Source of the DNA: Thermoplasmata archaeon
GTDB lineage: Archaea; Thermoplasmatota; Thermoplasmata; Lutacidiplasmatales; SKW197
Direction of reading: 5' to 3'
DNA length: 64,000 bases
Assembly: GCA_026414225.1 (NCBI GenBank)
Contig: JAOAJK010000006.1
Span: 4,005 to 68,004 of the forward strand
The notes under the pieces were generated by a model, which saw only the letters and a program-made list of their open reading frames with translations, searched no databases and was not told the origin of the DNA. The position numbers were made by a program, and so were the translations under genes. This document shows positions 55,819 to 64,000 of the stretch, piece after piece (positions within the stretch are counted from its first letter, which is position 1; every line of letters begins with the position of its first letter).

Positions 55819-56834
55819 TTTCTACACCTCCATTTTTCCTTCAACGCAAAAATCTGGGATGGCCTGAAGATTCCGAAGGCAGTTATGAATCCAGTTACAT
55901 ACCTTGCCGGAGTGATGTCAAATGCAGGGTTGAGTGCCCTGGAGGTTTCCGGCGTTATTCTTGTCCCGTCTATGAGATGAACCTCCTCCTCACCCCTCAT
56001 CTCCACCTTGATCTGTCTCCCGTTTTTCAGGTTGAAATCGAAGGTGCTAAGGGGCGCTGCAACATAGAACGGGAGCCCATTTTCCTTCGCAACTACCGCT
56101 TTCTCATATGTGCCAATTTTATTGGCGAAGTCACCATTTGCAGTTATTCTGTCTGCACCGGTAATCACAATATCCACATCTCCTCTCGCCATGTAATAGC
56201 CAGCAGCATTATCTGCAATTACCGCATGCTCTATCCCCTCATTACCAAGCTCCCACGCGGTAAGCCTTGCCCCCTGCAACCTCGGTCTCGTTTCATCCAC
56301 AAAGACGAAAAAATTTCGACCCTTCCGCTTTGCCATTCTGAGCGGTGCAAGAGCGGTTCCCCAGTCAACGGTTGCAAGGGCTCCTGCGTTGCAGTGGGTG
56401 AGCACTCTACTCCCGTGGAATATCAATTTTTCTCCGACCTCTCCGATTTTTCTGCATTCCTCCACAATTCTATTGCAGTAGTCCCTGGCCACTTTTTCAG
56501 GGGCGCTTCCCTTCTCTATCTCCGCCACGCACTCATCCACAGCATAGAAAAGGTCATGGGCTGTGGGGCGCTGGCTCTTGATTTTTTCAGCCACATCCCT
56601 CAAATCTTTGTGCTGCATTTTTGCCTGTGCAATACCGAACGCTGCAGCTACACCGATTGCCGGTGCGCCTCTAACAACCATTTCCCTGATCGCGAAGCAC
56701 AGTTCATCCGTGTTCGTTGCCCTGAAAAATTCAAGTTTTTCAGGCAGGAGACGCTGGTCAATCATCACAATATCCGAGTTCTCCATCCACACAGAGGAGA
56801 TTTCTCTTGTATCATTTCCAGTTTTTACAAGCAT
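55812..56834 (-). CDS. eIF-2B alpha/beta/delta-family protein (ribose-1,5-bisphosphate / methylthioribose-1-phosphate isomerase family)
   Basis: IF-2B family signatures (VVRGAPAIGVAAAFG; THCNAGALATVDWGTAL; catalytic Cys/Asp region HAVIADNAAGYYMARGDVDIVITGADRI). Confidence 0.75.
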   Translation of the reverse strand: MLVKTGNDTREISSVWMENSDIVMIDQRLLPEKLEFFRATNTDELCFAIREMVVRGAPAIGVAAAFGIAQAKMQHKDLRDVAEKIKSQRPTAHDLFYAVDECVAEIEKGSAPEKVARDYCNRIVEECRKIGEVGEKLIFHGSRVLTHCNAGALATVDWGTALAPLRMAKRKGRNFFVFVDETRPRLQGARLTAWELGNEGIEHAVIADNAAGYYMARGDVDIVITGADRITANGDFANKIGTYEKAVVAKENGLPFYVAAPLSTFDFNLKNGRQIKVEMRGEEEVHLIDGTRITPETSRALNPAFDITPARYVTGFITAFGIFRPSQIFALKEKWRCRKC

Positions 56835-56844
56835 GCTGGTGCCT

Positions 56845-57867
56845 TCACCTGTAAAAAACCTTTACCAGATCAAGCCAGTTCTCACTTACCTTCTTGGTTT
56901 TCGCAACCGCATCTTCCAGTTTAACTTCAACAATCTGATTTCCCCTCAGTGAAGCCATCATTCCAAATTTCCCCTCGTGTATCATCTCTACGGCCTTGAC
57001 ACCAAGCCGCAGAGCCAGAATTCTATCAAAGACTGTTGGAGGTCCACCTCTCTGGATGTGGCCAATAACAGCATACCGCGTCTCGAACCCCGTATTTTTC
57101 TCAATCTGCGAGGCAATGTAAGCGCCAACACCCTTCTCCTTCAGCAGTTCATGGCCGAAACCATCCGCTTTTGCATCAGCGCCCTTCATCCCAGGAATCT
57201 CGATGCCCTCAGAAACCACCACGAGGGCATAGCTCTTTCTAGCATACACGGTTTTCAGCACCTCGTACATTTTCTCAAGGTTCACGGCCTCCTCAGGAAT
57301 CAGGATGTAGTCCGCACCGCCAGCAATTCCTGTGAAGAGGGCAACCCAGCCAGCGTGCCGGCCCATCACCTCAAGCACCATCACCCTGCAGTGGGACTTT
57401 GCCGTGTCTCTCAGATTTTCCAGTGCGTTCACCGCAATACTAACTGAAGTATCGAAACCGAATGTGTAGTCAGTCTCTGAGATGTCATTGTCCATTGTTT
57501 TAGGAACCCCAACAACTGGAAAACCTTCCTTTGTCAGCTTCATCGCTGCGGTAAGCGTATCGTCGCCCCCGATTGCCACAAGGGCTTCCAGACCCATCTT
57601 TTTGATGTTTTCCAGCATTTTCTTCTTATCTTCCTCCTTCTTGAACGGATTGGTCCTCGTGCTTCCCAGTATCGTTCCCCCTCGCCCCATGATTTCATCT
57701 ACATCTTCCAGTCTCAGCGGGACTGAAAGCCCCTCAATCATCCCGAGCCAGCCCTTTTTGATTCCGATCACTTCATCGCCATACTCTGTTGCTTTGAAGA
57801 CGACACCTCGGATTGCTGGGTTTAACCCCGGACAATCACCGCCACCTGTTAGTACACCTATCCTCAT
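56845..57867 (-). CDS. pfk: 6-phosphofructokinase, PFK-A family; residue signature suggests PPi-dependent type
   Basis: GGDCPGLN, GGDDT in place of the ATP-PFK GGDGS, PKTMDND in place of PGTIDND, and an MGR motif. Confidence 0.85.
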   Translation of the reverse strand: MRIGVLTGGGDCPGLNPAIRGVVFKATEYGDEVIGIKKGWLGMIEGLSVPLRLEDVDEIMGRGGTILGSTRTNPFKKEEDKKKMLENIKKMGLEALVAIGGDDTLTAAMKLTKEGFPVVGVPKTMDNDISETDYTFGFDTSVSIAVNALENLRDTAKSHCRVMVLEVMGRHAGWVALFTGIAGGADYILIPEEAVNLEKMYEVLKTVYARKSYALVVVSEGIEIPGMKGADAKADGFGHELLKEKGVGAYIASQIEKNTGFETRYAVIGHIQRGGPPTVFDRILALRLGVKAVEMIHEGKFGMMASLRGNQIVEVKLEDAVAKTKKVSENWLDLVKVFYR

Positions 57868-57956
57868 GGTCCCACAGATTTGGAGATATTTGTTGGGGTA
57901 ATAAATTTTTTGGGAAGTTTAAAATAGAATGAGCAAATACCGTTGCTGGTGGTAGC

Positions 57957-59012
57957 ATGGCAGATAAAAAGCTGAGGAACAGGATTCTGAGCAAGCCAGT
58001 TGAAATGATAGACCTCGAGAAGAGTAAATCAATCCTTGCTCTTGTAGAGGCATACAAGAATGCCTCCATTCAAGCTAGAAACATCGGAAAATGCGTAGAG
58101 GTCTATGAAAACATGCTTCTCGACAAGGATAGGCCAACCGTGATAATGGGGTTAAGCGGGGCATTGATTGCGGGCGGGTTGAGAAAGGTAATTGCAGACA
58201 TGATAAAATACGGGATTGTGGATGTGGTCGTATCCACGGGCGCAATCCTCTACCAGGACATTTACCAGGCGAGGGGGTACAAGCACTACATGGGTTCTCC
58301 GGACATGGATGATACAAAGCTAAGGGACTTTTATATTGATAGAATTTATGATACACTGGTTGACGAGCTAAAGTTTGAAGAAACGGACAGATACATAGGC
58401 AAGATTACCGAGCGCCTTGAGCCACGGGGTTATTCGAGCAGGGAATTCTTGGAGTTTCTAGCTGAAGAAATTAAAGACGAGAATTCAATCCTCTACAACG
58501 CACGGAAATACGGTGTGCCAGTTTTCTCTCCCGCAATCAACGACTCTTCGATAGGTATTGGTCTAACAATTTACTATCACAAGCACAGGAGCAAGCCCCA
58601 CGCGTTCATCCATTCCATAAGGGACAACTACGAGTTAACCCAGATAATTTTGAAATCAAAGAAGACGGGTGCAATTTACATAGGCGGGGGCGTCCCGAAG
58701 AACTGGATAAACGATGCGGAGGTGATGGCGAGCTATGTGTTTAACCCGGACATCCAGGGACACACCTACGCATTCCAGATAACCACAGCAACCCCGGTTG
58801 ATGGCGGTTTGAGCGGAAGCACACTCCATGAGGCCCAGTCCTGGGGAAAGATTTCCAAGAAAGCAACGAAGGCAACCGCATATGTGGAGACCACGGTCGC
58901 CCTGCCCCTGATTGTCGGGGCAATTCTAGAAAAGGGAGTGTGGAAGGGGAGACCAAGATTGAGATTTGTGTGGAAAGGAGACCTTCTGGAAAAAATTGAG
59001 AAGGTGAATTAA
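57957..59012 (+). CDS. dys: Deoxyhypusine synthase
   Basis: DHS-family sequence through the NAD-binding region (GLSGALIAGGLRK…VVSTGAILYQD) and a C-terminal lysine-containing active-site region. Confidence 0.85.
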   Translation: MADKKLRNRILSKPVEMIDLEKSKSILALVEAYKNASIQARNIGKCVEVYENMLLDKDRPTVIMGLSGALIAGGLRKVIADMIKYGIVDVVVSTGAILYQDIYQARGYKHYMGSPDMDDTKLRDFYIDRIYDTLVDELKFEETDRYIGKITERLEPRGYSSREFLEFLAEEIKDENSILYNARKYGVPVFSPAINDSSIGIGLTIYYHKHRSKPHAFIHSIRDNYELTQIILKSKKTGAIYIGGGVPKNWINDAEVMASYVFNPDIQGHTYAFQITTATPVDGGLSGSTLHEAQSWGKISKKATKATAYVETTVALPLIVGAILEKGVWKGRPRLRFVWKGDLLEKIEKVN

Positions 59013-59047
59013 CAAAGTTTTTATTTCAGCTTGCAATCACCATTTCA

Positions 59048-60997
59048 ATGGTATTGAGAACCGTTTGCGCCAGGGACTGCTATGACAGCTGTTTGATGGA
59101 GGTCAGGGTTGAGAATGGCAGGATAAAGAAGGTATCTGGCACGAAAACCCACCCGTTTACATCAGGATTTCTCTGCCCCAAGGGTTATTTCTATCCGCAC
59201 TACCAGCACTCTGAAAAACGGGTTCTGTATCCTATGAAACGGGCTGGAAAAAAGGGAGAGGGAAAATTTGAAAGGTGTAGCTGGAGTGAAGCTTTGAAAA
59301 CAATTGCTGAAAAGGTCAGAACGATTTCCTCCGAGTTCTCGCCCCTCTCAATTCTGGTTTACGATTATGCGGGCCATATGGGCTTTCTCAGCAGGTATTT
59401 TCCCTACAGATTTTTCAACAAGATAAATGCCTCCTTTTTGGACCACACACTCTGCGATGTTGCCGGTACCCATGGTCTGCAGTTGCATTTCGGGACCACA
59501 TGTGGGGTCTCACCACTTCAGATTGAGAGGGCAAAACTTATTGTGGTTTGGGGGTCAAATCCCTATAGCACCTCACTCCATACCTACAATAAAATATTGA
59601 GAGCTAGAGGTAAGGGTGCAATTGTTGCGGTTGTTGACCCTGTGAGAACCAGGATGGCCGAGAATGCGGATGTCTATTTTCAGGTGAAACCAGGTAGCGA
59701 TGCCCTTCTTGCCTACGCCCTTATAAAAATTATGATAAAAAGCCAGGTCATTGATTATGAATTCATCAAGAAATTTACGGTCGGGTTTGAGGAACTGAAG
59801 GCAGTCGCAGAGACCGTGGAACTTGAGAGTGTGGAAAAGCTTACTGGTGTATCTGTGGAGAAGCTGAGCGATTTCGCGGGTTTGCTTGCCACCCTCAAGC
59901 CCCAGATATTCATAATCGGTTATGGGATGCAGCGGAGGACCATCGGTGGAAACGCCGTAAGGGCAGTGTCAATGCTGCCAGTCCTCACGGGCAGCATCAC
60001 CGGAGAGGGAGGGATAATTTACAGCAATGCATTGTCCCCGGTGGAGATTGCCAAGTTCACAGCCAGACATCTTAGAACTATAGATGAGCGAAAGTTTAAC
60101 ATGGTTGAAATTGGAAAGGTGCTTGCGAATCCACGTCTAAACCCCCCGGTAAAGATGGTTTTTGTTTACAACTCGAACCCGTGTGCAACCCTGCCAAACC
60201 AGAAACTAGTGCGGAAAGGGTTTGAAAGGGAGGACCTGTTCACGGTGGTGCATGACCTCTTTCTCACAGAAACCGCAATGTATGCGGATCTTTTACTTCC
60301 CGCAAAATCTATGTTTGAATTCGAGGACATTGTTTTCAGTTATCTCCTGCCTTCTGTTGCAAAACAGAATAAGATTGTGGAAACCCCGGGGGAATCGCTC
60401 TCAAATGTGGAGCTGGCAAGGGAGATGGCTAAAACAATGGAATTCAATGAGCCAGAACTTTTCGAGACGGAGGAGCAGCTCATAGCATCGGTGTTAGAGT
60501 TTCTCCCAGAGAGCGCAAAGAATGAGTTTCAGAAGGAAGGATATATTATTCTTGAGGTGAATCCAGCCGTTACTGGCTTCCCTACAAAGAGTGGAAAAAT
60601 TGAGATAGCCTCTACGAGCGCCTGGAGGTCTGGTGCCCCGAAAGTTCCACTCCCACTTTACGAGAAATGCGATGGACTCTGGCTCCTTACCCCCCTCAAC
60701 AGAAATACAATTCACACCCAGTTTGTCCGTCCTGAAACCGAACCGATCAGCAGCGTCTATCTGAATCCCGAGGATGCAGAAAGGTTAGAAGTGTCCAATG
60801 GAGATTTTGTGATAATTGAAAGCATCAGCGGAAAACTTGAGAAAATGGTAGAAATCTGGGATGCAGTTCCAGCAGGGACTGTATTGCTTTATTTTGATGA
60901 GGAAGCGAACATCCTTACAACGGATGAAAAGGCAGACCTCGGGGGAGGCGGTGCCTACAACTCCACAGTGGTAAAAATGAGGAAAAAGGCTCAGTAG
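59048..60997 (+). CDS. Molybdopterin (MGD) oxidoreductase catalytic subunit, cytoplasmic, with N-terminal [4Fe-4S] motif
   Basis: N-terminal CARDCYDSC…C cluster with no Tat/Sec signal, a MopB-family core and a C-terminal MGD-binding beta-barrel (DFVIIES…VPAGTVLLYFDE). Confidence 0.75.
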   Translation: MVLRTVCARDCYDSCLMEVRVENGRIKKVSGTKTHPFTSGFLCPKGYFYPHYQHSEKRVLYPMKRAGKKGEGKFERCSWSEALKTIAEKVRTISSEFSPLSILVYDYAGHMGFLSRYFPYRFFNKINASFLDHTLCDVAGTHGLQLHFGTTCGVSPLQIERAKLIVVWGSNPYSTSLHTYNKILRARGKGAIVAVVDPVRTRMAENADVYFQVKPGSDALLAYALIKIMIKSQVIDYEFIKKFTVGFEELKAVAETVELESVEKLTGVSVEKLSDFAGLLATLKPQIFIIGYGMQRRTIGGNAVRAVSMLPVLTGSITGEGGIIYSNALSPVEIAKFTARHLRTIDERKFNMVEIGKVLANPRLNPPVKMVFVYNSNPCATLPNQKLVRKGFEREDLFTVVHDLFLTETAMYADLLLPAKSMFEFEDIVFSYLLPSVAKQNKIVETPGESLSNVELAREMAKTMEFNEPELFETEEQLIASVLEFLPESAKNEFQKEGYIILEVNPAVTGFPTKSGKIEIASTSAWRSGAPKVPLPLYEKCDGLWLLTPLNRNTIHTQFVRPETEPISSVYLNPEDAERLEVSNGDFVIIESISGKLEKMVEIWDAVPAGTVLLYFDEEANILTTDEKADLGGGGAYNSTVVKMRKKAQ

Positions 60998-61848
60998 CTG
61001 GGCTTTGTCTTCTGATACATCTTTCTCAGATTTTCATTGTCCAGGTGCGTGTAAATCTGTGTGGTGCTCACACTCGCGTGGCCCAGCAATGTCTGGATAA
61101 ATCTTATGTCTGCCCCGTGGTTGAGCAGAGTTGTAGCAAGGGTGTGGCGGAGCACATGCGGCGTAACTTTTTTCAGAATCCCTGCCTTTTTTCCATACTT
61201 TTTTACGAGGCGTTCCACCGAAAGAGGTGAAATGGGCTGATTTTTTCTTGAGATGAAAACCTTGTTCGTGTTCACATCCTTTTTGTACCTCGCTGCAAGA
61301 TACCTTTTGAGGGCTTCGGCCGTTCCTTCTTCCAGCACAACAATTCTATCCTTATCTCCCTTCCCGCTTCGCACATGAATGATTCCCTCTGCAAAATCAA
61401 TATCCTCAATCTCGAGATTGCAGAGTTCGCCCACGCGCAGGCCAGTGTAGGCAAGGGTTCGAAGAATCGCGTAATCCCGAGCGTCCCCCTTTGCACTTTC
61501 AATCAGGGCATGGGTTTCTTCCTCATTCAGATACTTCGGAAGTTGTTGGGAGCGTTTGGGAGCAGAAATTTCCTCAATCCTGATGCCTTTGAATTTCAAG
61601 AATGCCTGGATGGCTTTGATTGCAATATAAATTGAGTTCTTCGCATACTGTTTTTCAATGGCCAGATATTGCTTGAATCTTTCTATGTCCTCTGCGGAAA
61701 CCTTTTCTGGCTCTTTGTTTATGAATCTGAGAAAATGAAGCAGAAAATGGGAGTATTGTTTGACCGTGTATTTGCTTCTCTTGTCTCCGGCTAGATGCTC
61801 CCGGAATTCCTCGACGGTTTTTTCAATCTTATCAGGAGAGATGGACAT
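60991..61848 (-). CDS. xerA: Tyrosine recombinase XerA-like
   Basis: N-terminal SAM-like core-binding domain and a catalytic domain with R…K…HxxR…Y (HVLRHTLATTLL…LGHASVSTTQIYTHL). At 285 aa it is typical of archaeal XerA. Confidence 0.8.
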   Translation of the reverse strand: MSISPDKIEKTVEEFREHLAGDKRSKYTVKQYSHFLLHFLRFINKEPEKVSAEDIERFKQYLAIEKQYAKNSIYIAIKAIQAFLKFKGIRIEEISAPKRSQQLPKYLNEEETHALIESAKGDARDYAILRTLAYTGLRVGELCNLEIEDIDFAEGIIHVRSGKGDKDRIVVLEEGTAEALKRYLAARYKKDVNTNKVFISRKNQPISPLSVERLVKKYGKKAGILKKVTPHVLRHTLATTLLNHGADIRFIQTLLGHASVSTTQIYTHLDNENLRKMYQKTKPSY

Positions 61849-61973
61849 TGAACCAATGAAGTATAACCAAATTATAAATGTTGTGGGGAAGGTGCATTCG
61901 GGAGCGCAAGAATCTTATCAACCCTGCAGGAAGATTTTTTACCACGGAGGTTATTATGGATACATGAAACCCA

Positions 61974-64000
61974 GCTTCGTGGGGAGGGAACGGGAACTCG
62001 CCCAGGTATCTGCTGCAATTGAGCAAGCGAAGCGGGGAAAGGGCAAAATGTTCTTCGTAACCGGGGAGCCGGGAATAGGAAAGACAAGATTCCTCGAGGA
62101 GGTTTCGCGAATAGCTTGCGAAAAAGGTTTAGTTACTTTGACCAGTGCATGCATAGGGGAAAACGCAGTTCCCTATCTTGCGATTGAGGATGCACTGAGA
62201 ACTAGCAGTGTCATTGAACCCAGTGAGTCCGTACCTCTCGGGTTGAGTCCTGTTTCTGTTGGCTTGCCCCAGATTTCGGAAAATGAATACACATCTGGGA
62301 AGACCAGGATTCTTGAGAAGTATCTTAGAAGGTTTGATGAAATTTCGAGCAGAAACCCGGGCATTCTCTTAATTGATGACTTACAATGGGCTGACACAGG
62401 CACCCTGAGTTTTCTCCATTATCTTTCGAGGAGTATTGCAGCCATGCATTTGGTATGTATCTGTGCATATGTAGATGGGCAGGGAGAAGTCAACGAGACC
62501 ATGAAAACTGTCCAGAATATCAACATCGAGAGGAATTGCACGATTCTTCATTTAGGCCCTCTTAGCATAGATGCGGTAGGAAAGATTCTTGCAGATATGC
62601 TGGGCACATGGAAAATTTCAGAGCGATGTGTTGCGGAGATTTATGAGCGGTGTGGCGGTAACCCGCTGTACGCGGAGGAAATCTGTAAGGTGATAGTTAG
62701 CCAGAACCTTTTTGATATGGAGAAGCACGATTTGAAAGCGACCATAACCCAGTTCCAGATACCAGAAACAGTCAGGAGTTTAATTTCCTATCGTTTGATG
62801 AAACTTGAAGAGGGCACACTGAAGGTTTTGAAGACGGGTGCGATTATAGGAAGGGTATTTGATTACGCTCTGTTGGAAGGATTATCAGACGTGAAAGGAG
62901 AAGCCCTTCTTGAAGCCATCGAAAAATTGCTAAGTGAGGGTTTTCTTAGGGAGGAGCCGGGAGCCGAGGAGAAATACAGGTTTACTCAGAACCTGATGTA
63001 CGAAATTGTTTACTCAGAAATCTCTACACCGCGGAAGAGGGTGCTCCATAAAAGAACTGCCGAACTCCTTGAAAAAACCTATGCTGACTCTCCAAAGTTT
63101 TCGCCAGAAATCGGGCGTCATTATCTAGAGGCGGGGGTTTATGACAAAGCCGCACATTATTTTTACACGGCAGCGGAATATGCATTCAAGCATTATGCTC
63201 TCGAGGAATGCATAACTTACGCTAAAAATGCGGTGGAGTGTCTTGGAAAAGGAGATAAAGCCGCCTATAAAGATTTGCTGTTTAATCTCCAGGTCACAAT
63301 GGGTAAAGCGCTTACATTCCTTTCCAGATTTGATGAGGCAATCGTGGCATTAGAACAATCCATAGAATTTGCACCTGACAGAAAGGCAGAAGCGGAAGTA
63401 AAGCTGCTGCTCTGTGAACCCTACCAGGGGAAGGGAAATGTGGACAGGGCAATGGAAATTGTAAATGATGCCAGAAACATCGTTGATTCGCTTGAAGATA
63501 GGAAACTTCTGGTGAAAGCACTCCTCGGCGTTGGCTGGATGTATGAGAGAATGGGGAGTTATACAGAGGCCGTTTTGAATTATGAGAAGGCCTGCACGCT
63601 TGTTCAAAACCTGAACGACGAAAAACTGCTTGCTGATGTGTATCACAGATTCGGCACTGTCCTTATCTTCAAGGCAGACCTTGAGAGGGCGAGGGAATAC
63701 CTCGAGAAGGCCCTCAGGACGCGGGAGAAATACGGGGAAAAGGAGTTGATAGCAAGCACTTACAATAATCTGGCAATAGCCGTGGATTACATGGGTGACA
63801 TAGATGGCTCATTGGATTACTACATCCGTGCGAAGAAAATTTATGAAGAAATCGGGGATGTTCGGGGAGTGGGCACGGTCTACAACAATATCGGAGGAAT
63901 CTATCTGATAAAAGGAGAAACGGAAAAGGCGATGGATTTTTATGAAAAGTATCTCCAGATATCCATGAAAATTGGAGACCCTAACTCGATGTGCATCGCG
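61974..64000 (+). CDS. STAND-type (AAA_16) NTPase with C-terminal TPR array; 3' end outside window
   Basis: ATG at 61974 (MKPSFVGRERELAQV…). Walker A FFVTGEPGIGKTRFL, Walker B LLIDDLQWAD, then at least 6 TPR-like repeats. The frame is open to the window end, and it is absent from the ORF track because it has no stop. Confidence 0.7.

Noticed and set aside
55794-56924. 376-aa plus-strand ORF opposite the eIF-2B-family gene
   Set aside because: The minus-strand product has clear IF-2B family signatures. The plus-strand product is Cys/His-rich with no recognisable fold.
60991-61848. Tyrosine recombinase as an integrase of a mobile element
   Set aside because: Its size (285 aa) and domain layout match chromosomal archaeal XerA. 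No direct repeats or att sites, phage or plasmid genes, or compositional shift are visible in the flanks within the window. This is left open because the window ends 2 kb downstream.
61897-61922. Nested palindrome AATCTTATCAACCCTGCAGGAAGATT as a candidate dif site
   Set aside because: The arms are only 6 nt with a 14-nt spacer. It does not fit the 11-6-11 Xer-binding geometry, and is more likely a promoter or operator element for the STAND gene or xerA.
1-64000. tRNA, rRNA and CRISPR scan of all intergenic regions longer than 40 bp
   Set aside because: No cloverleaf-compatible GC-rich segments and no regularly spaced direct repeats were seen. The only periodic DNA repeats are the coding TSP3 and CARDB units.

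Overview
This 64 kb window is a gene-dense archaeal chromosomal segment with about 50% GC, at least 41 protein-coding genes and no rRNA, tRNA or CRISPR. Archaeal hallmarks are present: thermosome, DNA polymerase D small subunit, Sec61-beta/SecG, XerA, deoxyhypusine synthase, TYW1/Taw1, and A/T-rich TATA-like boxes about 25-30 nt upstream of several start codons. Housekeeping blocks are pyrD-pyrK-ubiX, a korD-korA-korB-sucC-sucD operon, a thermosome-hsp20-grpE cluster, tyw1, pdxS, a PPi-type phosphofructokinase operon, dys, a molybdopterin oxidoreductase and xerA. Between these blocks sit three very large modular secreted or surface proteins rich in N-glycosylation sequons. The first is a 4582-aa protein full of thrombospondin-type-3-like Ca-binding repeats. 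The second is a 1462-aa CARDB-repeat protein. The third is a 2027-aa protein that fuses a clostripain-like C11 cysteine-peptidase domain with an M14 zinc-carboxypeptidase domain. The best candidate for an undescribed system is a tightly overlapping four-gene minus-strand operon at 39065-42929. It encodes a small CcdA/DsbD-like membrane protein, a NapH/MauN-type membrane polyferredoxin and two exported CxxC (thioredoxin-like) proteins, and looks like an extracytoplasmic thiol-redox or electron-transfer module. Other leads: a PrsW-like/transglutaminase-like protease pair divergent from the giant gene, a grpE with no dnaK/dnaJ nearby, a Sec61-beta gene missed by the ORF track, a divergent AAA+ ATPase, and a STAND-type NTPase-TPR gene that runs off the window end next to xerA.
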